Assembly: GCA_043228905.1 (NCBI GenBank)
Contig: JBHGNT010000005.1
Location: forward strand, 11,656,001-11,720,000
Direction: 5' to 3'
DNA length: 64,000 nt
Source: Azolla caroliniana
Lineage: Eukaryota > Plantae > Polypodiophyta
Under the pieces are notes generated by a model, which saw only the letters and a list, made by a program, of their open reading frames with translations, was not told where the DNA came from and searched no databases. A program made the position numbers and the translations under genes. Positions 49,550 to 61,980 of this stretch are shown here, piece after piece (position 1 is the first letter of the stretch; every line of letters begins with the position of its first letter).

Positions 49550-52500
49550 CAACTTGTTCCGCGATTCTGACAGATCGTGGAAAATTGCATATGGGGCACC
49601 ACTAGACTGGAGATTTCGGTTAATTACACTGAGTCGAGCTCAGGACCAGCAGTGGTGGATCACCACAACCCAGCCATCAAGGTGGTACTGTAAGGGTAGG
49701 AAATCACGGGATGCATCATCGACGGCAGATTCGGGGTAAATGTGATCAGTAAACTACATGTAACCGCCACGACATTATAGACTGGGAAGCATGCCCATTC
49801 TGGCTCCGGATGGCAGACACCCGTTCTGTCAGACCACTAGGGTTGATTCGAAAACTAGGGATTGTAGTTGGCAGGCATAGCTTTGAGATTTCTGCAGTAG
49901 TGTTGGCTTTGGATGCCCCAAGGGCCAATCCGATCTTGTTAGGTAGACCATGGCTACGGTCTGCTAATATCAAGCAAAAGTTTCCAATGAGGGCGAAGAA
50001 AAGTTCGCGTACCTACGTAGGAGACATCCGCACCTATGAAAGACATAATGCCACTTTATGCAGAAGAAATTAACATGCTGGAAGGGTTGGAGGATACGGA
50101 GCTCAAAGTGTACCTCGATGAAAATCCATGGATGATACCGTTGTTCGAAATAGACGTCCTCGAGACCACTAGTGAGTACAGCCCAACGAGTGCGCTGATA
50201 GAGGAGAGTATGAACCACATCCTGAATCCATGTTGGAGCTAAGCAAAGCACACGAGGCATTCGAGAGGGAGATGGAAATCTCGCGAAGGGTTACAGTGTC
50301 GGTTTTGGAGGATATTAATGTCGGATCCAGCAAAGCCCCGAGGCTACTATCGATCACAAAAGACCTAATGCCAAGGTAAAAAATGGCCATGACCGAGCTG
50401 CTACGGGAATTTAAAAATTTCTTCACATGGTCACATGAAGACATGAAAACGCTAGACCCAAAATTCTATCAGCATAAAATTAACTTGGTCACGTATGTGA
50501 AACCTGTTCGACAAAGACGTTATCGCATGAACCCAAATTACGTGGCATGCTTAAAAGAGGAAAATATACAAGCTCTTAAAAGCTGGGTTCATTCAGCTAG
50601 TTAAACAAGTAACATGGCTTAGCCCAATCGTGGTCATACCAAAGTAAAACAGTAAAATACGGGTATGCGTCGAATATCGTAAGTTGAACGCAGTCACCAT
50701 CACTAACGCATTTCCCTTGCCGTTTACGGATAGTGTACTAGACGAAGTCGCAGGCCACGACATGTATAAATTTTTGGATGGATTTAGCGGGTATAACCAA
50801 GTACACATGCACCCGGAGGACCAGGAGAAGACCGCTCTCGTAACGGAATGGGGAGTTTTTGTAGCTATGGTCATGATGTTCGGACTAAAGACAACCCCCG
50901 CAACGTTCCAATGCACTATTACGGAGATCTTTGGTGACTTTATCCCTGCGTTCATGCAAGTCTTCCTCAATGACTTTGCGGTGTATGGGACGCGAGGGGA
51001 TCACTTGGACGATCTCAAGCTATGTTCGGAGTGGGGCCATACTTCACGCCTCAGCCTTAACCCAACTAAGTGCGCGTACGAGGTCACAAGGGGAACCCTT
51101 CTCGGTCATATCATGAGCAAGGATGGTATCGCAGTGGATCCCAGCAAAATCGATGCTATTATCAAAGCAAAAAACCCTAGTAATGCAAAGGCCCTTAGCC
51201 GGTTCTTGGAGCAAATCCACTGGCACAGTCGTATGCTCCGTTGGCACGACCAGTGTACTATTCTAGCCACAAATTATCTGATGCAGAGCGTAACTATTCG
51301 ATAATGGAGCACGAAGCTCTTGGAATGATCTACAATGTTAATAAATTCCGCCATTATCTATTAGGTCGAAAATTCACGTTTCATGTGGATCACGTTGCAT
51401 TACTATATCTGGTTGCAAAATAGTCCTTAACTGGGAAACTAGCCAGATGGATGCTGCTCTTGCAGGAGTTTGAATTTGAGATCTAGCATCAACCAAGAAC
51501 ATAGCATGCCGTATCAGATTATTTAAGTAGGAACTATAATGGCGATGACACATTACCTAGACAAGACGATTTTCCGGATGCCAACATTCTGTGGATTGCG
51601 ACAACTGGACAAAAGAAGTCAAGAATTTCCCAGATCGGTGGTTGATGGAAATGACATACTTCTTAAGCACGGGACTACCACCGCCGTAGCTAAGAACAGA
51701 CGAAAAGAAAAGACTCGCGGTATAGAGCCAGAATTTCTGCCTAGTCAAAGAAATCTTATACCAAAAAGGGAGCGATGGTATCTGGCGGCGCGGCATATGA
51801 CAAGACGTGAAAAACGCGGTATTACAGGAGGCTCACTACGGTACAGAAAGAGGCCATTACGCAGGGGATGTCACGGCCCAGAAAGTATGGCAAGCAGGTT
51901 TGTGGTGGCCAACTACGCAAAGAGATGCATACACATACTGCAAAGAGTGCGACCTCTAACAACATATGGGCCAACCAACGAAGCTAGCATTGATGGGCCA
52001 CCAGCCAATGCTTCCACTTGAACATTTCCAGAAATGGGTCCTCGATTTCGTGGAGCTCTTTTCACCAACAGCGGCCCGTATGGGAAACAAATATATTCTA
52101 TTAGCCACTGATTACTATACGAAATGGGTGGAGGCAAAATCTTTACAGGATAACATTGTAGCGTCTACGACAAAAATTTTATACGAATAGATTTGGTGTC
52201 GTTTTGGCTGTCCGATCGAGCTTATCAGCGACCAAGGAAGCCATTTCTTGAATAGGGTCATTCATGATCTCACGAAACATTACACCGTGGCTCACAAGAA
52301 GAGTACGCCGTATTTTTCTCAGGCGAACGGGTTGGTGGAGTCGACGAACAAAACACTTGAGAATATCCTGAAAAAGATTGTCAATGATAACCAAACGGAT
52401 TGGGACACGAAGTTACATAGCGCCTTATGGGCTTACTGCACGAGCTACAAAACCAATGCGCAATCAGCACCATTCCGATTGGCGTTCGGGCTAGATACCG

Positions 52501-54858
52501 TAATGCCTATTGAGTTTAGGATGCCCAGCTTACGCATATAAGTTCGCGAAAGGTTGTCGGAGGGTCAATCTGAACAAATCCAGGTACAACTATTACTCAA
52601 ATTAGGCGAAGCTAGGGTCCACAGCGTGGTGATCCGCGAACACAAGCAGCGACGGCGGAAGGCTTTCGTGAACCAACACCGTGGCGATCCGCGAACACAA
52701 GCAGCGACGGCGGAAGGCTTTCGTGAACCAACACCGTGGCACCAATGAGAAACACTTGAAATTTGGGAAAGCGATCTTAGTTTTCCAAAAACTCATGGGA
52801 CAAATGTCGGGGAAACTATGGTTCTGATGGACAGGGTCGTACTAGATAATCGGGGCTGAGAACGGGACATTCGAATTACTCACCCTCGCAGGCAAAGTTT
52901 TGTGTCAGAAAGTCAATGGCTTTCGCCTAAAGCCGTATTTGGGATCCATGCCGCCAAATCTGTTTTGCGCCGATAAAGATAATCCGGTCGTTTGTCCACT
53001 CAACGACCAGTAAACGGGACCCACTGGTAAATATGTAACATTAATGTTGTACTATACCATTAGGTATGAAATGAAAAAAGAAAAAAAAGAAAAAAAAGAA
53101 GAAGACAGTCATGACTATTAAAAGAACTTCATGCATGCACACTTTCCAAAAAGAGAACACACGTTGGGAGAATGATGCACAAGGCCATGAACCCTAACTG
53201 ACAAAAAGAAGACAATAGACGGTATTTTGCACATCATAGAAAACAGCCTCGAGACTTTTGCTCTTCTCGTTGTCCTCGCTCCCCACCTTACTTGAGACAC
53301 CACGGGCAGATCAGCCTACGATCCTTACCTCCTAGTCGCTCTCCTCACGCACCTTGGCAAGACAACATGTCGATCCTCATATCCTCATCTCCTCAGCTCT
53401 GCGGCGATGGCTCTTCGAGAAAGTCTTCGAAGGCTACATTCGGGTAGCAGAAGCCCCAGCACACCCCGATGCACAAGAGAATGGGTGTATGGCACTTTGA
53501 AATACTCATTTGTAGAAGCCCTCGAACAATATTTCGGAGAATACTCAACCAAGTAGGTTGCGTACACATCAACGCCTATTGGATACCAAAGCAGAAAGCT
53601 AGCATCATCATCGACACATTCGAAGGACACTCCATGGATTGGGGAGTTATTATAGGGCCAACATTGAGGGAGGGCCTGTACGCGTTCTAGGTTGGAAAGA
53701 AGCTTCGCCCAATCATCCATCAGTACTTGACAGTACTATTCCCTCCCCGCAGCCTACCCGCCCTAGAAACAAGCCACAAAACACCTATGCCACGGTCAGC
53801 AAAACGAATATTAGCAGACCTCGCGGCGACGAAATGGGAAGAAGAAGCAAATCCCAGCGTAACAAAACCCGACCTGTCACAAGACGAGCCCCAAATGAAT
53901 TGTGCTCACTCCGGCGACGTACAACCAATGACGTCCCAAGATGAGCAGGAAACGACACACGGGAGTCCGAAACCCAAGCACTAGAAGTTGGACAGAAAGG
54001 ATGGTCGCGTACTTGTTAAAGATACAGCCCCATGCATCGAAGATTCCGCCCTTGTAGAGGGCACTACGACATTAGAGCTCATACCGCGGCCAGTAATAAC
54101 CGCTCAATTGCAACATGGTAAGGGTGTACTGACGGTGGAGAGCGAAGTGTTGTCGTACCTTGACATCCCGGACCCGGCCCATGAATTTGGCGCACTCTTA
54201 CAATTTGGCACAACGTATGAACTCATGGAGTTTCTAGTGACACAACAGATAAAAATGTCCCAGCGAATAGCAGACGAGCACGCCGAAGGACAAATGATTG
54301 AGCGTGCACTAACCCAGACGGCGGAAAGCGAAGACGAAGGACCCCTCGCACTGGTAGGAAGGAAGCGCAACACGGGGGTTCGCCGCGTAGGAATAGAACT
54401 CCCTCCACTTAACAAGGCCTTAGTAGAGGTCCATAGGGAGTTAACGAAAGTTACCCTCACCACCAAAGATATGGCGATTAAAAACAACAACGTTGGGAAA
54501 ATAGTGAAAATATCCTAGGAGCAGTTAAACAAATCACAGGAGCACATTACGTAGTTGGAGACCAGCGCGCACATGGCATAACATGCACCGGCTCCTACCT
54601 CCCTCGCCACCAAAGTACATAACTTGTGGCAGGAGGTAGAGGTTGAAGCGGCGATAATGGCGGAAGCTAAAAGGGCTACGGAGCTAACCGAATCAGAAAT
54701 TGACCGCCTTAGATTGGAACTCCGCCAGTCTTTAGATAGAGAGGCGGATATCTGAGCAAAATGATGCAAGGCGGTCAAAACGATTCAGGACAAGCTCGAT
54801 GCCGAAATAGTAGCACATGGCCGAACAAAGGAAGAGAGGGTCAAGCTTCACGAAGAAG
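49550..54858 (+). mobile_element. Non-chromovirus Gypsy element C: pol and 3' extra ORF, degenerate; same family as A and B
   Basis: WLRMADTRSVRPLGLIRK, FLDGFSGYNQ, ATDYYTKWVEA, QANGLVEST. The extra ORF IDTFEGHSMDWG matches 37563-38225. Confidence 0.9.
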
Positions 54859-57800
54859 TGTTGAGCGGCAAGCTCAACTGGAGCCGGATCGGCTGAATAA
54901 GCCTAAGCCGGCAAGCAAGACGGATCGGTAAGCCGGCAAACAACAGAGACGGTGAGCTGGGGAGCTGGTTAACCGGATCCAATCAGTAATCGGAAGCCTA
55001 GTATTATTAGTTTAGACTACTAGGCAATTATAGTCTCATAGTAAGTGTCAGATGCTCGTGTGAGCATTGAAGTACGCGGTACTTCTATCAATCCCACGAG
55101 GACTTGTATAAATAGTGCTACTGAGCATAGTTGTAATGACAGGGTAATTATATCGTTTTTGAATATAGCTTTTACGTTCTACTCTCTTTGTCTCTCCCGC
55201 GTACTCTATGTATTCCCTACTTTTCTCTGTTTTCTAACGCTTCCGCGAGTAATTGTTTACATGGTATCAGAGCGCAAGGGTTGAGAACCTCCTCTGCATC
55301 CGACAAACGCCTAAAAGCAAACCCTAACAAGTCGTAAAACAGCAGATAGAGAAGTGATGGATAGAGGGATGGCTAGCTCGCTCCCTGTGGAGAAACTCGA
55401 CAAATCCAACTATGCATCTTGGTCGTATAAGATGCAGCAGTACTTGCTTGGGCATGGGTACTGGAGTTTCGTCGAAGGAGCCAACGAAACAACACCTGAT
55501 GCGGTACATAAGGACTTCCCAGTGTGGGAACAATTGGCAAGCAGAGTGATGTACTGCTTCGCGTCCAGTGTCGGAGACCAGCTGTTGAGCCACATCCGAG
55601 AGGCCAAGACGCCGAAGGAGGCTTGGGGGAACTGGATGAAGGTGTTCGCAGCGAGCACAACAGCCAGGAAGCTGCAACTCCGACAGGAGTTGAGCAATGT
55701 CCAACAGAAGGACATGTTGGTGGCAGATTACACGGCCCAGATCAAAGAGATTTGTGACTCACTTGCCTCTATCAACGTTACCGTAGAGGAAGACGAGATG
55801 GTACAGGTCTATCTTGGGGGCCTAGCGTCGAAGTTCAGAGCGTTCCGAATGGCGGTGTGTACAAGGGAGAATACAGCGTCATTTTTCGACTTACAGTCGA
55901 TGCTCCTTGTAGAGGAGAACCACGCCGATGCGTGAACTAGTGCACCCACTGACAGTCAGATGCTGTACACGGAGGGGGATCGGTCCTGTCGGCATGGTGG
56001 ACGAGGCGGGTTGGCACGCAATGGAGGCGGCCGGAAAGAGAAAGAACGAAGGCACAGAGAATGTGCCGACAACAGTTCCAGGACTTCCACAGGCAGGGGG
56101 AGTCATGGCGATACCAGAAGACGGCAAGAGAAGTCTGCAACAAAATGCTGGTACTGTGGCAAAAAGGGCCACAGAGAAAGCGAGTGCTAGAGAAAACGCG
56201 CTGATACGGACAAATCCGGATCCGGCAAGGCCAGCAAGGATGGCCGGCAAAGCTCGCACTACGCGAAGGGATTGGGAGGATCTAAGAACAGTAACGGGCC
56301 AACCTTGGTGATAAAGCACGAGGCGAACTCGATGAAGAAGACCATTTCCAAATCGGAGGAAGTCTGGTATGTTGACTCCGGTGCATCGAACCACATGACG
56401 AGCCACAAAGAGTGGTTCTCCTCTTTGGAAAAACTGGATCAACCAGGAGTAGTTGAAACCGGAGACGACACTCCTCACCAAATCGTGCACATCGGAGAAG
56501 TCCCTTTGAGCCACGTTGGATATAAGGGGAAGCTGATGAACGTATTACACGTTCCAACAATCACGAAGAACCTGGTGTAGGTCAGACAGATCGTGGACCA
56601 GGGGATGCAGGTGCGGTTTATGCACCTCGGGTGCTTCATCGAGGAAGAGGGCCAAATTATTGCGCAAGGGCGTAGAGACGAGAGGATGTTTATCCTCGAC
56701 ACCAATGACATCGGCCCCGTTGTGTTTGCAAAAGGATAGAAGGTCGAATCGGACATCGACCTGTGGCACAAGCGGATAGGCCACGTCAATTACCGGAGGC
56801 TTCAAGACCTGCAAACGAAACAAGTTGTTTTCGGTTTGTCGAAGTTTAGCGGCTGGAAGGCCCAAGTATGTGAAGCCTGCCAACTCGGGAAGCAACACTG
56901 GCTTCCATTCCCTACCGAACATAACCGGAGCCATAACAAGCTCGACCTAATCCATTCAGATGTGTGGGAACCGGCACAGAGTGTTAGTCTTGGTAGGAGT
57001 TGATATTTTGTCTCCTTCATCGACAACTATACGCGGCACACATGGATCTATCTCATTGAGCGTAAGAATGAAGTCTTCGAGTGTTTCCGGAGTCTCCAAA
57101 GCATGGTGGAACGAGAGGAAGAACCGGTCGTGCACTCCCCACGCAAGGAACCGAGGAGACGGTTCACACGCAAAGAGAAGGGGAAGAAGAAGGTGCAGGA
57201 ATTCGAAACCGGAAACAATGAGTCGAATCAGTGTATGTTCGACTCCGGCAAGGAGAAAGGCGGATCTTCGGCAACAAAGACCGAACCGCCCAAGAAGGGC
57301 CTCAAACCGGGTAACGGTGAGTTACGCCGATCCACCCGCCAGAAGGATCCCGTCAAGTGGTATGGGTACAATGAGTACATGGCGCATCACTATGCGTACA
57401 TGACTAAGGTGGCGGAAGTGCGTGAGCCGGAGAGCTACGCATAAGTGGCCAAGGACGCAAATTGGCATGCCGCTATGGAGGAAGAAATGTGGGCAATTGA
57501 TGTCAACAAGACATGGGACCTAGTTGACCCTCCTCGTCACTGTAAACCGATCAGATGCATGTGGATATACAAAGTAAAGTACAATGCTGACGGTTCAGTT
57601 AACCGGTACAAGGCCCGGTTAGTGGCGAAGGGATATGCGTAGACCCACGGAATCGACTACAACGAGACCTTCGCTCCTGTAGCGAAGATGACGACGGTTT
57701 GAGTGGTCTTGGTGGTTGTTGCGGCAAGGGGGGGCATCTTCATCAGATGGATGTGAAGAATGCATTTCTTCAAGGTGATCTTGAAGAAGAATTCTTTATG

Positions 57801-59912
57801 ACTCAGCCTCCCAGTTTTCAATTGGAGATAAACACGTCGGCGGTATGCCGGCTGAAGAAGTCGTTGTACGGCCTGAAGCAAGCTCCTCGAGCTTGGAATG
57901 CAAAGATCACGCACCAGTTGCGTAAGATGGGGTTTGTGGCCTCCAAATCGGACTCTTCATTGTTCATCCGGCAAGGCTCAGCAGGTCCGGTATGTATACT
58001 GTTGTATGTTGATGATCTAGTCATCACCGGACCGGGTGTTCCAGAAATCAACCGCGTCAAGTCCCAGTTGTCGGACGCATTTGAGATGAAGGATCTGGGG
58101 GACCTTCATTATTTTCTAGGGATCGAGGTGATTCGAACCCCGGACGGCATATAAAGCGCTCACAACGACATTACGTCTTGAATATGTTGTACAAGTTCGG
58201 CATGACAGAATGTTGACCTGTATCCACACCCCTGGACCGGAACCAGAAGCTTCGTTCCAACTCCGGATCGGCCTGCAACGAGCAACGGTTCCGACAAATT
58301 GTCAGAAGCCTTATTTACTTGACTATCACGCGACCCGACATCAACTATCCGGTCAGAATGATAAGTCAGTTCATGCAGCAGCTGACCGTGGAGCAGCTTC
58401 AGTGCGCGCAAAGGATATTGCGATATGTCAACGGTACGAAGGACCGGGGACTGTTATACCGATGCGGTATACCCGAAGAGCTCGTCGGTTACACGGATGC
58501 CGACTGGGCCGGCGATGCATCTGATCACCGATCAACCTCCGGTTACATGTTTTCCCTTGGTAGCGCGGCTATTGCGTGGAGCAGCAAAAGGTAGCCCACA
58601 GTTGCTCTGTCGAGCAGTGAGGCTGAGTATTGGGGCGCTACCATTGCCACCTGTGAAGCCATTTGGCTTCGGTGACTACTGCAATACCTACGGATCGAGG
58701 TACCAACCCCGATTCTGGTCTACTGCGACAACATAAGCAGCATGCAACTAGCTAAGACCCCCGTATTCCATGCTCGCACAAAGCACATAGAAGTGCACTA
58801 TCACTTCGTGCGTGAGCGTGTCCTGAGCGGTGAGGTTGAACTTTGGTATGTTCACACGGATCGGCAAGTTGCCGACATCTTCACCAAACCACTCGGATCG
58901 GACAAGTTGCAGCACTTCATCGAAATGCTTGGTGTTCAGCATCTCAACATGCCACACTTGAGGGGGAGAACGGGCAAAGAAATCGGAACGGGCAAAGGCA
59001 AAGAGACTGCCGATTGCGCCGGTGAGGGAAGAATAGGAGGCAACAGAGTTAAGAAGGACAGAGCCGACTGAAGGAAGAAGACCAAGACCCGGACATGGTT
59101 CGATGTGGTCTAGGGCTTGGAACCAGAAGACGAATCGGGAGCAACCAATTCGGACAAGAGTTGGAACGAATCGGAGACAGTCGATTCGGTTCAGAAGATA
59201 GAGTCGGAAGAACCGGATCAATTCAAGGACAAGCAGACACGGATGAAGCGGAAGTCGATGCGATCGCGGAGGAACCGACAGATCGGCAAGCGCCGGAGTC
59301 ATAGCAGTGAAGGAGCTGAGAGGGGCCTATTGAGCAGACATACGGACCGAGAAGGTCGAGGCGTCCAGAACAAGAGGGGTAGCGGCAAACAGAACCGGAC
59401 CGGACGAGGAGCGCGAGCAAGGCGAAGCGACGCCAGGAGAAGTCGGTTGGAAGAACCGACTGCCACAGAGACTGACTCTAGTATCCAACCTCAAGTTGAG
59501 CTTGAGGGGGAGTGTTGAGCGGCAAGCTCAACTGGAGCCGGATCGGCTAAATAAGCCTGAGCCTGCAAGTGAGATAGATCGGTAAGCCAACAAACAACAG
59601 AGACGGTGAGCTGGGGAGCCGGTTAGCCGAATCCAATCGGTAACTGGAAGCCTAGTATTAGTTTAGACTACTAGGCAATTATAGTCTCGTAGTAAGTGTC
59701 AGATGCTCGTGTGAGCATTGAAGTACGCGGTACTTCTATCAGTCCCACGAGGACTTGTATAAATAGTGCTACTGAGCATAGTTGTAATGATAGGGTAATT
59801 ATATCGTTTTTGAATATAGCTTTGACGTTCTGCTCTCTCTATCTCTCCCGCATACTCTGTGTATTCCCTACTTTTCTCTGTTTTCTAACGCTTCCGCAAG
59901 TAATCGTTTACA
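54859..59912 (+). mobile_element. Copia-3 with both LTRs (54859-55261, 59513-59912) and an internal integrase deletion
   Basis: TSD AGAAG at 54854-54858 and 59913-59917, PBS TGGTATCAGAGC at 55262, PPT GAGGGGGAG at 59504-59512, gag/PR/RT/RH motifs. The integrase core jumps to the linker near 57115. Confidence 0.95.
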
Positions 59913-59927
59913 AGAAGAAACAAGCGT

Positions 59928-59983
59928 TGTTGGGGTGGGGGGTGAAGCGTAGAATGGCTTCACCCCCCTCCCAAGGGGAGTAC

Positions 59984-60028
<45 letters not shown>

Positions 60029-60156
60029 AGAGAGTGAAAATAAGAATGACACCAAATGAGAGGGGAAAAAACTATCTCCATTATGTGCCCCATAAGGGGT
60101 TTTTATAATACATAATGTAACGGTATACGCTTCACCCCCCTCCCAAGGTGAGTTAC

Positions 60157-60191
<35 letters not shown>

Positions 60192-60990
60192 AGAGAGTGA
60201 AAATAAGAATGACACCAAATGAGAGGGGAAAAAACTATCTCCATTATGTGCCCCATAAGGGGTTTTTATAATACATAATGTAACGGTATACGCTTCACCC
60301 CCCTCCCAAGGAGAGTTACGATAGAGAGAGAGAGAAGGAGAGAGTGAAAATAAGAATGACACCAAATGAGAGGGGAAAAAACTATCTCCATTATGTACCC
60401 CATAAGGGGTTTTTATAATACATAATGTAATGGTAAATAATGACCATTACAAAAAGACGACCATTATATTCTTGTCACATGCACATAATGGTGCATGTGC
60501 TCACACATACTCATCCTCACACACTCATATACATATTACATATTACACACCATACACATTACAACTTATCCATCCCATACACCTATATGGATAACACATG
60601 GCACACCTGTGGGACAATGCATTCCACGTCGGACCCACAAGCCCATGCCGAAAAAACTCTTATTGACCGGAACTCCATCAGTCTTCTCTCACGGTCGGAA
60701 ATTCCTCAACCGGATTACTGCTCGACGATCGATAACTTCAATTGAAGCTGGCTTGACACGAACCTTCTCGTTCAATTAGCATAATCACATGATTAGATCG
60801 CACACCAATCCTCTTAACCATTGTGGTACCGTCATTTAGGTTTATCTATGATTGTGGGTGTGTATATATATATATATATATATATATGTTTTTCCTCCTT
60901 AGTGTGAGTAGTGATGAGTTTTTGTAAGCTTATATTTCCAAATTTCTATGTCCTACCCCTTAGGTTTTATATTAAGTACCCTCCGGTTTT
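59928..60990 (-). repeat. LTR-like sequence (family X), copy 2, with a triplicated 163-172-bp TATA/(CT)n segment at 59957-60432
   Basis: Reverse-complement homology to 30790-31492. Repeat units start at 59957, 60129 and 60292. Confidence 0.75.
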
Positions 60991-61469
60991 TGAAATCTCG
61001 CGTCATGCCCTTCTATTTCCGGAATGGCCTTATGTTCCTGAAATTCTGCTCTCTGCCTTGAGTGATTGAAATTTTCCATATGCCCTCTCTTTTTCTCTTT
61101 CTTTGGTTTTTGAAATTCTCTTATTTGCCCTTGACTTTTCGAAATTATCCTCTTTCCCCTCAAATTTCTGAAATTTTGTGATCTGCCCTCGATTTATTAA
61201 ACTTTTCACTGAATGCCCCTCGCTTCTCTCTTTTCCGTCTTTATTCTTCTTTTCTTCTTCTTCGTTTTCTCCTTCTTCTATCTTCTACTGTCTTTTTCTT
61301 CGCAACGTCTTCATCTTAATATACAACTTCTTCTTCTTTCTTATCCCCAATCTTCATTCTCCAATTCTTCAATTCATATTCCAACCTTTTGATTCTGGCG
61401 GATGGCGGCGGTGGCGGCAACGATTGCGGCGGTGCTGATCTCTTTGATTTTGCTGGAATGACCATTCAT

Positions 61470-61850
61470 CATCTGTAAGTAAACGGTTACAATATCTTCA
61501 TATCTTCCTTGATTTATACGAAGATCAAACAAGCTAGTGTAACTTGAATGAGAGAACGAGATTCCTTCTTGATTCATCTACTCAACGAAGGATTCGGTGC
61601 CTACAGAATCTAAGTGCCTCTCCAAGAACATCTATAATGGCACTCTATGTATGAGAATCTTGCTCAAACCCTTTCATGATAAGCCAGTTAAAGAAACCTA
61701 ATGTTGAAGTAGAGGAAGAAGTTGATCTGACATATTGGCAATGATGTCAAACGTGTAAGATATGTCCAGAGCTTCTAAACTTTTGGATGTGGCAATCTCC
61801 CCTGTTTTTGTCTCTAAAATCTCACTGATTTGTATGATTTTTTGTAATCT
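61470..61850 (-). pseudogene. P-class PPR gene fragment
   Basis: Minus strand QISEILETK..SLEALDISYTFDII..TLGFFNWLIMKGFEQDSHT*SAIIDVLG and MNQEGISFSHSSYTSLFDLRINQGRYEDIVTVYLQM resemble PPR motifs. Confidence 0.65.
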
Positions 61851-61980
61851 AAGCATCGGTTCTTGGGTTGCTTCTCCAAGGGCATTTCTCCATCGAGAGC
61901 TCGATCAGCGATAGTAGCATCCCATGCCTATTGGAGGCGAGGATGCTATGGCTACTGAACACGTGGGGGGAGGGGAAGGT

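Noticed and set aside
30790-60990. One 30-kb element bounded by giant terminal inverted repeats
   Set aside because: The two copies are diverged and LTR-like, and their AACA ends point inward into unrelated Gypsy coding positions. Two independent insertions explain this better.
61790-61810. PPT marking the start of the Copia-4 3' LTR (AAAACAGGGGAGATTG)
   Set aside because: It lies inside the PPR-like reading frame (ETKTGEIAT) and has no counterpart in LTR-like copy 1.
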